Shown here piece after piece: positions 37,195-50,780 of a stretch of DNA of 64,000 nt. Under the pieces are notes generated by a model. That model was given only the letters and a program-made list of their open reading frames with translations, did no database searches and was not told the origin of the DNA. The translations under genes and the position numbers were made by a program. The first letter of the stretch is position 1, and every line of letters starts with the position of its first letter. The DNA is from Octopus vulgaris (taxonomy: Eukaryota), in assembly GCA_951406725.2 (NCBI GenBank), contig OX597827.1:8494001-8558000 (forward strand), in the 5' to 3' direction.

Positions 37195-37972
37195 AATCCT
37201 TTTCTTTTCTACTATAAGCACAATGCCTGCAAATTTTGGAGGAGGAGGCTAGTCGATTACATGGAGCTTAGTACTTGACAGATACTCTACTTTATTAACC
37301 CCGAAAAAGATGAAAGACAAAGTTGACCACAGTGGAATTTGAACTCAGAGTGTAGCGGCTGACGAAATACCTATTTCTTTACTACCCACAAGGGGCTAAA
37401 CACAGAGAGGACAAACAAGGACAGACAAACAGATTAAGTCAATTATATCGACCCCAGTGCGTAACTGGTACTTATTTAATCGACCCCGAAAGGATGAAAG
37501 GCAAAGTCGACCTCGGCGGAATTTGAACTCAGAACGTAGCAGCAAACAAAATACCTATTTCTTTACTACCCACAAGGGGCTAAACACAGAGAGGACAAAC
37601 AAGGACAGACAAACAGATTAAGTCAATTATATCGACCCCAGTGCGTAACTGGTACTTATTTAATCGACCCCGAAAGGATGAAAGGCAAAGTCGACCTCGG
37701 CGGAATTTGAACTCAGAACGTAGCAGCAAACAAAATACCTATTTCTTTACTACCCACAAGGGGCTAAACACAGAGAGAACAAACAAGGACAGACAAACAG
37801 ATTAAGTCGATTATATTGACCCCAGTGCGTAACTGGTACTTATTTAATCGACCCTGAAACGATGAAAGGCAAAGTCGACCTTGGCGGAATTTGAACTCAG
37901 AACGTAGCGGCAGACAAAATACTGCTAAGCACTTCGCCTGGCGTGCTAACGATTCTGCCAGCTAGCCACTTT
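37195..37972 (-). mobile_element. Family B SINE array: head, three young units and one old unit with a different tail
   Basis: GTCGACC at about 37506, 37690 and 37874. Diverged terminal unit at 37195-37371. Confidence 0.88.
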
Positions 37973-38014
37973 CAAATGATAATAATAATAACGACGATGA
38001 TGATGATGATGATG

Positions 38015-38226
38015 GTTTCAAATTTTTTCACAATGCCAGCAATTTCAGGGAATGCATCAATCAATTACATTGATCCCAGTGCTCGACTAGTACTTAGTTT
38101 ATTGGCCCTGAATTGATGAAAGATAACGTCAACCGCAGAGGAATTTGAACTCAGAATGCAATAACAGACAAAAATGCCACTAAACATTTTGCCCTGTGTG
38201 CTAAGGATTCTGCCAGCTCCCTGCCT

Positions 38227-38261
<35 letters not shown>

Positions 38262-38476
38262 CCTTTCTACTAAAGGCACAAGTCCTGAAATTTTGGGGGA
38301 GGGGACTAGTTGATTACATTGGCCCCAGTGTTTCACTGGTACTTAATTTATTGATTCCAAAAGGATGAAAGGCAAAGTCGACCTCAGTGGTATTTGAACT
38401 CAGAACATAGTGGCAGATGAAATACTGCCGAGCATTTTGTCCAGTATGCTAGCAATTATGCCAGCTCGCCGCCTTT
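38015..38476 (-). mobile_element. Two older family B SINE monomers with the alternative tail
   Basis: Copies at about 38015-38227 and 38260-38476 share head and Meta-like domain but end in ...CAAAATTTCAGG.CTTGTGCC...(ATT)n-type tails. Confidence 0.8.
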
Positions 38477-38484
38477 TTTAATAA

Positions 38485-39385
38485 TGATATGGATGATGAT
38501 GATGATGAGGAGGTTGAGGAGGCAGAAGAGGAGGAAGGTGATGATGAAGAGGAGGAGGAAGGGGGTGATGATGATGATGATGAGGAGGAGGAGGAGGGGT
38601 GATGATGATGAGGAGGGAGGTGGGGGGTGATGATGATGATGAGGAGGAGGAGGAGGTGATGATGATGATGATGATGATGAGGAGGAGGAGGAGGTGATGA
38701 TGATGATGATGAGGAGGAGGAGGAGGAGGGGTGATGATGATGAGGAGGAGGAGGTGGGGGTGATGATGATGATGAGGAGGAGGAGGGGGTGATGATGATG
38801 AGGAGGAGGGGGAGGAGAGGTGATGATGATGATGTGGAGGAGGAGGAGGTGATGGTGATGATGATGATGAGGAGGAGGAGGAGGAGGAGAAGGGTGATGA
38901 TGATGATGAGGAGGAGGAGGAGGAGGTGACGATGATGATGATGAGGAGGATGATGATGATGATGAGGAGGAGGAGGAGGAGGAAAATTGCCACAACAACT
39001 ACAACAACTGGCAAAGTATGGATATATCTGAAAAAATAGTAGTTGCTGTTGCTAGTAGTGATGGTGGTGAGAGGATCAAGGGATTAGTTTTTAGCCCTAG
39101 GTCAATCTAGTCTTGACCAAGCAGAGCTACAATCAAAGGCAAACTATTTCAAACCATCTCATCTTTTTAAAGGCATAAGAAAATTATATTATTTATATGT
39201 GTTGTTTATTTATTTAAAAAATAAGGTGTCATTTTATTTATTTCAGACAGTAAGCTGCTATTTCTAGCAGGTCAAGCAACCACACGGAGGGTTTTCATGG
39301 GGAGCTTAGTAGTGACAGCATCAGCTGCAATAGTAGTTTCATCATATCTGCTGATCCCTTATATTTGATACATAGACTACAGCAC

Positions 39386-39448
<63 letters not shown>

Positions 39449-40009
39449 GGTGGTGGTGGTGGTGGTGGTGGTGGTGGTGGTGGTGGTAGTGGCTGTAGTA
39501 GTAATAGTAGTAGTAGTAGTAGTAGTACTGGTGGTGGTGGTGGTAGTAGTAGTAGAAGTAGTAGTAGTTGTAGTAGTAGCAGCAGCAGTTATAATGAGGT
39601 GGTGGTGGTAATAATGGTGAGTGGTGATAGTTGTCATAGTAGTGATGACTGGTGGTGGTGGTGATGGTGGTGGTGGTGGTGGTGGTGGTGGTGGTGGTGG
39701 TAGTGTAAGTAGTAGTAGTAGTAATTATTCTCATTGTTTTCATTGTCCTTGTAGCGATTGTTGTTGTGATCATCATCATCATCATCATTGTTATCGTAAT
39801 AGTAGTAGCAGCAGTAGTCATTGTAGTTGTCATCATCATCGTTGTTGTTGGTAGTATTGGCAGTGGTGGCAGCACTCCTCCTCCTCCTCCTCCTCCTCAT
39901 CATCATCATCATAGTAGTAGTAGTGTTAGTGGTGGTGGTGGCAGTGGTAGTGATGGCGGTGGTGGAGGCAACAACGGCAGTAGTAGTAGTTGTAGTGGTG
40001 GTATTGGTT

Positions 40010-40077
<68 letters not shown>

Positions 40078-40198
40078 GGTGGTGGTGGTGGTGGTGGTGG
40101 TGGTGGTGGTGGTGGTAGTGGTGGTGGGAGTGGTAGTGGTGGTGGTAGTAGTAGTAGTAGCAGTAGTAGTAGTAGAGGTGGTGGTGGTGGTAGTTGTG

Positions 40199-40254
<56 letters not shown>

Positions 40255-40305
40255 GGTGGTGGGAGTGGTGGGAGTGGTAGTGGTGGTAGTTGTAGTAGTA
40301 GAGTA
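38485..40305. repeat. Trinucleotide fields: (GAT/GAG)n 38485-38985 and (GTA/GTG/CAT)n 39387-40305
   Basis: Direct inspection. Confidence 0.95.
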
Positions 40306-41060
40306 GTAACAGCAGGTTTTTATTATTTTATTTTTTTCTCTTGTCGCTGGACATACAATTACGTCCATTATTATATCAATACCAGAATTCGATTCAGCAT
40401 AAAAAGAAAAAAAATAAATAAAAAATAAATAAAATAAAATAAAATAAAATAAAATAAAAACCCCAGAAAATCGTCTTTTAAAAGAGTGCACCAAAAAAAA
40501 AGAAAAAGAAAAGAAAAAGAAAATAAGAAATAAAAAGAAAAAGAAAAAGAGAACACCAATATTGCAAACTACAATCAGCAGAAAAATGAACAATTCACAG
40601 CAGAAATAGCCATAAATCATGTACAATTAGTGGAACATGTCAATAACAGAATCACATTTGTCCAATCACAGAAGCCAATAATGATGATTGGCAGAAAGAG
40701 AACATTTAGAAGCAATAATATCCTCAATCAACAAAAGGTGTACGTACTTTTGATATTTTTCTCTGATCTGAAACATTATGCAATAAAATAATTAAGAAAG
40801 TGGTCTTTATATCTAACTCACTAACGAACGATGCATGATGGAGTGTATTACAATTGTACCGAGAGATTTGTTATTAGTGCTTACCTTCAAGCCAATATGT
40901 GCGTGTGTTTGTATTCTTGTATTCTTGTATTCTTTTATTCTTGTATTCTTTTATTCTTGTATTCTTTTATTCTCTTTATTCTCTTTATTGTTTCAGTCAT
41001 TAGACTGCAGACATACTGGGGGACTACCTTCAAGAATTTTGGTTGAATGAGTCAACTCCT

Positions 41061-41604
41061 GTCTTCACCCACATAAGGTGTTGTTATTTGTTTGGTGGGA
41101 TATGAAGGGTTTATGTCCACTTTGAATTTTTAAACCCAAACCAAATGATAACAAAGGAGATCTACTGTGAGTAGCTTGAGTGGCTCAAGTCAGTGCTAGA
41201 AGAAAAATGACCATCTTTGGTTTCAAGACGAAAGGTGTTCTTCCATCTGGATAATGCTTGGCCACATACATTCCAAAGACTGGAGCAATTTGAATGGGAA
41301 ACGATGCCCCACCCACCAATTCGCTGGACATTGCTTCATCTGATAATCATTTATTCTGTAGTCTTCAAAATCATTTGGATGGAAAAAATATGAATTCTGT
41401 AGACGAGGTCAGAATAGTACTGGAAGAGTATTCTTCATCATGGACAACTGAATTTTTGGAAGAGGGGCATTGCAAGTCTACCAGATAGATGGAAGAGCAT
41501 TGTAGAAAATGAAGGAGTGTATATTTTAGATTAAAAAAGAACTTTGTTTAACTTAATTTTCAAAAATAAAAGAAGTATAAGAAAACCGCCTTATTTATGG
41601 GATA
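41061..41604 (+). pseudogene. Decayed mariner transposase 3' half with right end
   Basis: HPHKVLLFVWWDMKG, FHLDNAWPH, SLDIASSDNHLFCSLQNHLDGK, with frameshifts. TIR remnant CCGCCTTATTTATGGGAT. Confidence 0.88.
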
Positions 41605-41698
41605 TTTATGGTATATATATATATATATATATATATATCTATACAAATATATACATATATATATATACATATATATATATACACACACACATATATAT

Positions 41699-41970
41699 GG
41701 TGGCTGCCCCCTCGTTAAGCACAAAGCTTAATCAATGTTGTTATCATGCAATGCCTGTGCAAGAAGTTTTTTTTAAAGTGAGGAAAGGCTGTGCACTGAG
41801 TCAATCCCACTCACTAAGCAACAGCAGCCATAATCCGAAAAGAAGAACAAGTCAACATCATCGGTAACCACTGAGCTGCAGGTTTTATGTCGGAGTTATC
41901 CCAGTTACCTGAGTTACCTTCTCCTAGAAGGATGCCCGAACAAAGACTAGGAGTCCTTCACTCCCAATGG

Positions 41971-41975
<5 letters not shown>
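41699..41975 (-). mobile_element. Possible RTE-type LINE 5' fragment between TA runs
   Basis: Minus-strand GGGCATCCTTCTAGGAGAAGGTAACTC resembles the RTE 5' motif TCTAGGAGAAGGAAAACTC (from recall). Confidence 0.35.
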
Positions 41976-42010
<35 letters not shown>

Positions 42011-42013
<3 letters not shown>

Positions 42014-42198
42014 AGAGTTTACGAAAAAACAACAAAAGACGAAGACAGGTGGTGCACAAAACAAACAGATGTATTAGTATAACGCTCAGGAATAGAAAAA
42101 GTCTTTAACATTTCGAGCCTATGCTCTTCTACAAAAAGGGACACAGAAAAAACAAGGAGAGAAAAAAATGTGTGTAGTGGCTAACGATCTATCATTGC

Positions 42199-42201
<3 letters not shown>
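42011..42201 (-). mobile_element. About 190 bp hammerhead-like element in (TA)n, family H2
   Basis: Bounded by pure TA runs and homologous to 62502-62676. Degenerate hammerhead at 42103-42138. Confidence 0.7.
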
Positions 42202-42232
<31 letters not shown>

Positions 42233-42930
42233 TGTCTTTATATATTATATGAGTGTTGGTTGTTGAAACTACATGATAAAGGCAGTAAAATTTGAAATAC
42301 TTAACAAAAGAACCACCAGTCACTAAATACTATGAAATCAAAAGACAATAAAAGGAAATACTATTGCAATACGTTTCATAGAGAAATATATTCAATTGCT
42401 AAAATTATGAATATACAGACATACGTAATGAAATTGTTCAAGGGAATTAGTTATAGGATAGATTCATGTCTTTATGAAGATAAATTGTTTTGTTTTCTGT
42501 GTGTTTTTTTTTTATTTGATGTAGGTATCTTACTGTGTCGTGTTTAAAGTATTTTTATAGCAGTAATATATCCTGTCTGTTTTAGTTAAGTAACTACTTA
42601 GATATGGGAGTTATGTTGCTACTGGGAGTTAACACATTAATAACTAAAATAAAATAAAATATGGACAACGGTATCCATAATTTCATTTTCTCTCTCCCTA
42701 CTTTCTCTTTCCCATGTGCTCACACACACACACACACATACACATACACATATGCAGATATGTGTGTCTCTCTATATATATATGGATATATGCAGAATAC
42801 ACACATTATTAAATATATATATATACATATATGTATATATATATTATTCTCATGCACATATACGCACACATAGATGTGTGTGTGTATATATATGTGTATA
42901 TATATATATATACATATATATATATACATA

Positions 42931-42977
<47 letters not shown>

Positions 42978-43675
42978 TATATGTATGTATGTATCTATGT
43001 ATGTATGTATATGTACACACAACTATGTATATATATGTGTGTGTGTGTTGGTGTGTGGAAAACATAAATCCATTATGTTGCACAGTGGAAGTTATCTTAA
43101 AAGTAAAGCTATTATATTAGTGAAAGACAAAACAAATATTATAAGAAATATCAAATGTAATGCAATTTGTCAGGCTAATAAATAAAAATGGAGAGCCGAG
43201 TCATACTAAATAGAATAGAAAGGAGCTGAGAACAAATTGTTCCAGGAAAACCAAGCAGGCTTCCTAGAAAGAAAATTATATACAAATAAGAAAACTACAG
43301 AGAAGTTTGCAATTGTGCCATAAATAAAATAGAACTCCTAAGTGAAACACCAATGGCTTAAAATTGTCAAGAGATCCAGTCAGCAAGGTAAACTCTTGCT
43401 AGATATAATAGCAAAATGTCTTTCATATTACATTGTATTTTCTAAAAAAAAAAAGTGGAAGGAGACATTGAATGTTTTTTTTTTTTTCGATACACTATGC
43501 CTGAAAAAAGTATTATGTCAGCCTGTATGGTGACTTGAGGAGTGCTGGCACCACAAGAAGAAAAAGCACCCAATGGGTTACATTATTTCTAGTCAAAACA
43601 GCAAAATTTCTTATAAATCCTCACAAATTACCATTTCTTTCTGTTCCTTTAATAAAAAATATATTAACATGTTTC

Positions 43676-43978
43676 CGGTAGCACGTAAAAGCACCATGCA
43701 TTGCCAGCCTCGCCTGGCCCCCGTGCCGGTGGCACGTAAAAAGCACCATCCGTCCATGGCCATTTTGCCAGCTCCGTCTGGCACCTTGTGTGGGTGGCAC
43801 GTAAAAAGCACCCACTACACTCACGGAGTGGTTGGCGTTAGGAAGGGCATCCAGCTGTAGAAACACTGCTAGATCAGACTGGGCCTGATGCAGCCTTCTG
43901 GCTTCACAGACCCCAGTTGAACCGTCCAACCCATGTTAGCATGGAAAATAGATGCTAAATGATGATGATGAGGATGAT
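43676..43978 (+). mobile_element. Family C retroposon
   Basis: Repeated GGTGGCACGTAAAAAGCACC units, GGAAGGGCATCCAGCTGTAG, (GAT)n tail. Confidence 0.85.
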
Positions 43979-44250
43979 TTAGATAGAGAATACAGAAATA
44001 AAACCATACTTGTATATTATAAGTTTAACCTTTTTAATACGACCCTCCAGCCCAAGGGAACTTTTCTGAAAACTTCTTCACTTTGGAAGGTATTGTGTGA
44101 GTTATTTTCATTTGGGTTTCTTTATTTTTCTTGTCCTTATAAAGTGGAACTTTTAGACATGTAATCTAATACCATGGCTTGCCAATTAGTGTTCAAATTA
44201 AGAAAATAAAGAACAATAATTACTTATTTAGTTGTTTGAATCAATAATTT

Positions 44251-44639
44251 CACAGGAGTGGCTGTGTGGTAAGTAGCTTGCTAACCAGCCACATGGTTCT
44301 GGGTTCAGTCCCACTGCGTGGCATCTTGGGCAAGTGTCTTCTGCTATAGCCCCGGGCCGACCAATGCCTTGTGAGTGGATTTGGTAGACGGAAACTGGAA
44401 GAAGCCTGTTGTATATATGTATATATATATATATGTACGTATGTGTGTGTGTGTTTGTGTGTCTGTGTTTGTCCCCCTAGCATTGCTTGACAACCGATGC
44501 TGGTGTGCTTATGTCCCCGTCACTTAGCAGTTCGGCAAAAAGAGACCGATAGAATAAGTACTGCGCTTACAAAGAATAAGTCCTGGGGTCGATTTGCTCG
44601 ACTAAAGTAGGTGCTCCAGCATGGCCGCAGTCAAATGAC
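44251..44639 (+). mobile_element. Family A SINE
   Basis: Near full-length copy, very similar to 21-427. Confidence 0.9.
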
Positions 44640-45864
44640 ACCTTATGAGAGAAGTTATTTGTCATATATTAATATCTCTGTTTATATTGTGTCTTTATAA
44701 CCCAAACCCAAGGCTTAGTGTTCAAACAACAATAGAGTACAGTACAGTTAGTACCATTAAAAATAAGTTCTAGGGCCAGTATGATCCCTCAAAGTCTGTG
44801 CTCCAGTATGACCACAGGCCAATGATTTAATCCACAAAAAAAAAGGAAATATAAAAGAGCATAACTGGAAAGGCAAAGCTCAATACTTCAAATTCTAAAA
44901 TAATTCACATGAAAGAGAAGCTATTATATTTTTGGTACAGAATAGATGAAGTATACAATGAGAAATCAAAGAGTATTGCAACAAAAAATATTCTTGAAAT
45001 AAGTTTGATTAAAGAAAGTATTAACTACATGGAACTTTTAAATGGAACTATAGCCATTTATGTAACCCTTAAAGGAACTAGCTAGGAAAACATCAGGTTA
45101 CAGATACTAAAGCCAAACTACAGATTATTGTATAAATATAGCATTTACTGCCAGAATCAAATTGAATCTTTGAAAACTTAAAAAAAAATCCCAACTTTTC
45201 TTAATGCTAAAATAACCATTTCTATATATAAAAACAATTGTTAACAAATAAATAAAGAATTGAACAAATAAATAAAACATTCAACGAATCTCTCAGATTC
45301 TCATCTGTAGCACATATTTCCTAAAAAAAAAATCAATAACAACTTGAATTTAATGGTAATTAGTAGGGTTATTTGACATTTTTGGATGGAAAGAAATTTA
45401 ATGCAGTTTAAATTGATTTTAAAAATACCACTAACATTTAAAAAAAAAAAAGGTAAAGAAAGGAATCTCTTTCTTTCAAATGTTATAAGCCATCACCTTT
45501 CCAGAATTAATAATACTTTCACTAAGATGTATTATTTTCCAATAATGCTGCCTATGTAGTCTGATAGAGAATCAGAGATAGTTATCTAAACAAAGCTACA
45601 GTTTATAATTAGAGTTTGCTAAATTAGCTGCAAGATGGGTTTTACTGTGTAATGTTATGTTTGAAAGAAAAAGCATTAATAAACAAAAACTCAGTGACAG
45701 GTATGGCTGTTTGAGGTAAAGGTTTTACAACCCTTTGTTTTCAGGTTTGATTTCTTGATCTCACTTCACAGAACCTTGGGCAAGTATCATCTACCAAAGC
45801 TTGGAGTTGAGATGGCAAATACATGGCCATTGTAAGTGAAATTAGAAGGAAACATATTATATAT

Positions 45865-46223
45865 ACTCTTTACTCTCTTTTACTTGTTTCAGTCGTGTGA
45901 CTGTGGTCATGCTGGAGCACCACTTTTAGCCGAGCAAATCAACTAGTACTTATTCTATCGGTTTCTTTTGCCGAACCACTAAGTTACAGGGATATAAACA
46001 CAACAGCATCGGTTGTCAAGCGATGCTGGGGGGACAAACACAGACACACACACATATACATATATACGGCGGGCTTCTTTCAGTTTCCGTCTACCAAATC
46101 CATTCAGAAGGCTTTGGTCGGCCCAAGGCTATAGTAGAAGACACTTGCCCAAGGTGCCACGCAGTGGGACTGAACCCGGAACCATGTGGTTCGTAAGCAA
46201 GTTGCTTACCACATAGCCACTCC
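45865..46223 (-). mobile_element. Family A SINE
   Basis: Reverse copy with a small deletion, followed by a decayed plus-strand copy at about 46230-46540. Confidence 0.88.
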
Positions 46224-46617
46224 CACCAACAATGTGCTTTTGAGTTCAGTCCCACAGCATGGGGCATTGGGAAAATGTCTTGGGCTAAAGCTTTGCAAGA
46301 AGATTTGGGAGATGGAAACTGAAAAAAGTCTGTCGTGTGTACGTGGAGGGGGGGGGGTGTTCTTTTGTCTGCGTTTCTCCCCCATCACCACTTGACAACA
46401 GGTGATGATAGGTTTATGTTCCTGTAAATTAGCAGTTCAACAAAGGAGATTGATAAGATAAGTACTAAGCTTTGCAAAAAAAAATAAAGAAATATTGGTA
46501 TATTTATTCTTCAAGGCAGTACCCAGCATAGCTACAGTCAAAATGTATACACACACACACATATGCACACACACACACACACAGATAAGCATACACAGAT
46601 ATACACACACACACATA

Positions 46618-46957
46618 TGCTGAGACCCCCTTCGGTCATGACTGACCATGGGATTGCACTTAGAAAGTTACCCTTACAGCCACAAGCCCTGGCAAAGTTG
46701 TTTATGGAAAACCAGCAGTCGCCCATGCATACTGGCCTCTCCTCTCCATACCATTGATGTTATCCAAGGGAAAGGCAAAGGGGCCGATACAGCTTGGCAC
46801 CTGTGACGCCGCAATTCATTTCTACAGCTGAGTGAACTGGAGCAACGTGAAATAAAGTATCTTGCTCAAGAACACAACACGCAGCCCGGTCTGGGATTCG
46901 AACTCACAACCTCACGATCGTAAGCTCAAAGCTCTAACCACTGAGCCATGTACCTTC
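46618..46957 (-). mobile_element. Family D SINE
   Basis: Homologous to 21779-22106. Confidence 0.88.
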
Positions 46958-46965
46958 ACATACAC

Positions 46966-46996
<31 letters not shown>

Positions 46997-47823
46997 CACA
47001 CACAGACACATGCACACACATACACACACATAGAAGCATACACACACACACACATATATATGTATATATACATACACACACATGGACACATGCACACACA
47101 TACACACACACATATATATGTATACATACACACACACGGACACATGCACACACATACACACACATAATAGATAGTTTTCTATCTTTTTTGACTTTATGAG
47201 ACATTGGATTTCAAAATAGAATTCCAGCACACTCTGCAAGTAAAGTTTAAGAAAAGCAACAAAAACAAAAAAAATGTTTTAAAATTTAGAAAACATGTAG
47301 ATAACTATTGTTTTATCTTGTTTTATTAATCATACCTGTGTACAACAAAATTATGAATGTTTTTCAAAAGGCTTAATCATTAATATGGATTTTCTAAAAC
47401 CCTAAATTGCATTTTTGAAAATACACAGTGCACCTGGTACCTCTTCTAGTGCACAGTCGAAGCACCATGCATACAGATGCACACACACATACACACACAC
47501 ACACACACCTAGATCCTTGGATCTTACCTTTACACACATATATTTATGTGTGTGTGTGTGCGTGCATGTGTGTGTATGTGTGTGTGCATGTATTTATTTA
47601 TATATGCATGCAAGTATGTAATTATGTATGTATGTATGAAATAGCTAAGGTTTTTTGGCTGCTATTTCTAAACTTCGGTATGTGGTAAAGCAAATCTTTG
47701 CTGAACCCTAATTATTAAGTATAAAATTTTATATATATATATATATTTTTATACCTTCTATGGACTACTCGAAGCTTGCTAACTTTCTAAACCTGGATCC
47801 TTCGGATCTTACCATTACATATC

Positions 47824-48058
<235 letters not shown>

Positions 48059-48456
48059 CTGTGTGTGTGTTTGTGTGTGTGTACATGTTTAAAAATTAAT
48101 TGTTGTATATCATTAAAGCATGTAGATACTGATAGAAACAAAACAAAGCAAAAAAACAATAGAACGGTTACTTAGGATCACTCTTTCTCCCCATTGAAAA
48201 CTCAATGAACCAATAACTTGTCCATTGGAAAACCTGTAGCCAACAATGATGGACCCTCTGTTGGTCAAGGTTGACCATGCCTCTGCACAAGATTTTTTGA
48301 GGAAAATTGGCTGTTACGCATACTTGCAGGTTCCTCTTTTACTTGACTTTGATGTTTTTTCCAATGAAAAGTTCACCAACTTGGACTGCCAAAGCTTGGT
48401 ACCAATGTTTTGCAAAGAATTGGAACAAATGCTGTGAGATATCTTACCTGTACCAT

Positions 48457-48870
48457 AGGCACAGGAGTGGCTGTGTGGTAAGTAGCTTGTTTACCAGCCA
48501 CATGGCTCTGGGTTCAGTCCCATTGCGTGGCACCTTGGGTAAGTGTCTTCTACTATAGCCTCGGGCCGACCAAAGCCTTGTGAGTGGATTTGGTAGACAG
48601 AAACTGAAAGAAGCCCGTCGTATATATATATATATATATATATATGCATGTGTGTGTTTGTGTGTCTGTGTTTGTCCCCCTAGCATTGCTTGACAACCGA
48701 TGCTGGTGTGTTTATGTCTCCGTTACTTAGCGGTTCGGAAAAAGAGACCGATAGAATAAGTACTGGGCTTACAAAAGAATAAGTCCCGGGGTCGAGTTGC
48801 TCGATTAAAAGGCGGTGCTCCAGCATGACCACAGTCAAATGACTGAAACAAGTAAAAGAGTAAAAGAGTA
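48457..48870 (+). mobile_element. Family A SINE
   Basis: Full-length copy. Confidence 0.9.
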
Positions 48871-50340
48871 CCTCTAATATTTCTGCTCTAGATTGAAACA
48901 TTTTATTGAACTGTAAATGATAAAAGGTAAAGTTAATCGAGGCAGCATTTGAACTCAGTGTGCAGAGATTTGGAACGAATATGGTGAGACGTTCTACCTA
49001 ACGACTCTGCCACTTTGGAGCCTTAAGGAAGAGTGAATTTATAATGACAAGAACCTACATTCTAAATGCTAGGAGTCCAATACTTTAAAAATCCTTCGTT
49101 GAGTAGGTAATAAACAAGGGAACAAATAAATATCTAAATAAATAAATAAATAAATAGGGGAAGCCTTTCAGTAATAAATATTTCTAACTACTACTTAAGA
49201 CTTCAAAAACTTTTAAATAAATAACATTTAATCCATCATTCTGTAACACATACACATAGACACACACATTCACACACGTAAGCTCACTAATATACATACA
49301 TAGAGACATACACACATATTTACTTATACATATAAGCACGCTAATATACATACATACACACATACACACTGATTCAGATAGGTACATACACACACATATG
49401 TGAACATGTACAAGCACATTCATTCCTTTGCACACAAAGAATGATACGTAATTTTCATTTTTTTTTTAATTTTGGGAAATTAGATTTAAGAGGAAAATGT
49501 AGTAATAATTTGATATATCAAATTTAACTCATCTCTCTCTTTCTTTACCTCTTTCTCTCTTTCTCTCTGTCTCTCTGTCTCCCTCACTCTCTTTTTCCTC
49601 TCTAACACACATGCATATACACACTAATACACACACATAGACATTATATACACTTGAAAGTTATTAGAAATATTTATGATTGAAATATTGCATGAAATGT
49701 TGACTGAAATGCCATATATGTATATTAAATTTAAAACACAAAAAGTATAAAACACAATATATAATAATAAAAATAAAAACAAAATTAGATGTAGTGTTAT
49801 GTTGAAAACACGTTACACATGACTAACAAAATTCTTGTTTCAATAGAAAAACCCACTTATGGAGTATCTGTGGATTATATCAGATGAGATACCTTGTGGT
49901 TGTTATTGATAATGTTGTTGCTGGTGATGGTGGTGATGGTGTTGTTATTGTTGTTAGGGGTGGAGGGTGAGGTTTCTTGATGCTGCCATTGCTGTTTAAC
50001 CCAAGTCAGCCTTGACTGAATAGACACATGATAAAGGGGTTTCACATCATGGCCATCCAACTCCTTTATTCTTCTTCTAGGTTTGTTGTACTCCTACCCA
50101 ATGTGTCCCTTTATAAGATGGTACAGTATGGTTCTGAAGGAAATTTGATTGTTATTTCTAATAGGGTGAGCATTCCTGTAGAGCAGGGGGTTCTCAACCC
50201 TTCTTTATTTATTGACCCCTTTGACTGCTTTTTTCTTCTGGTGGACCCCCCCCCCCCCCATAGCCATTCGATGTTTAAAAACTAACAAAAAATAGAAAAA
50301 TATAGACAGGTATCTTCAACCAGCTAGCAATCCATGCTAC

Positions 50341-50383
50341 TCCAGACTGATGAAGGGCAAGACTCAGAAACAATGTCTCTGGA
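50341..50383 (+). ncRNA. Type I hammerhead ribozyme
   Basis: TCCAGA CTGATGA A GGG caaga CTC A GAAAC aat GTC TCTGGA: 6 bp stem I, intact core, GUC cleavage triplet at 50375-50377. Stem II is weak. Confidence 0.78.
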
Positions 50384-50550
50384 TGCAGGCTTAGCTGGAT
50401 GGGGGTGCTTGTCTCCCCTTTGTAAGCATAAGGACACAGGAAATGTGTCAAGGCCGACAGGAAGCGTTGGTGCTTCCTAGGATTAAATAGCGATGGTGTG
50501 ATTCCTTTTATGGGACTGTCACGTTAAGTAGACGGTATACAACTGTATAA

Positions 50551-50780
50551 GGCGGCGAGCTGGCAGAAACGTTAGCACGCCAGGCAAAATGCTTAGCAGT
50601 ATTTCGGCTGTGTTATATTGTGAGTTCAAATTCCGCCGAGGTCGACTTTGCCTTTCATCCTTTCGGGGTCGATAAATTAAGTACCAGTTACGCACTGGGG
50701 TCGATGTAATCGACTTAATACCTATGTCTGTCCTTGTTTGTCCCCTCTGTGTTTAGCCCCTTATGGGTAATAAAGAAATT
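50551..50780 (+). mobile_element. Family B SINE monomer
   Basis: 17 bp TSD GGTATACAACTGT(A/T)TAA at 50534-50550 and 50781-50797. Confidence 0.9.

Noticed and set aside
38456-40626. His/Pro/Thr/Gly-rich long ORFs
   Set aside because: Trinucleotide microsatellite fields.
43722-43746. Pistol-ribozyme-like CGTGCC-GGT-GGCACG-TAAAAA motif
   Set aside because: The loop is only 3 nt, too short for the required pseudoknot, and downstream pistol elements are not evident.
48246-48437. 63 aa non-repetitive ORF
   Set aside because: No recognisable domain or splice signals, and the length is expected by chance.
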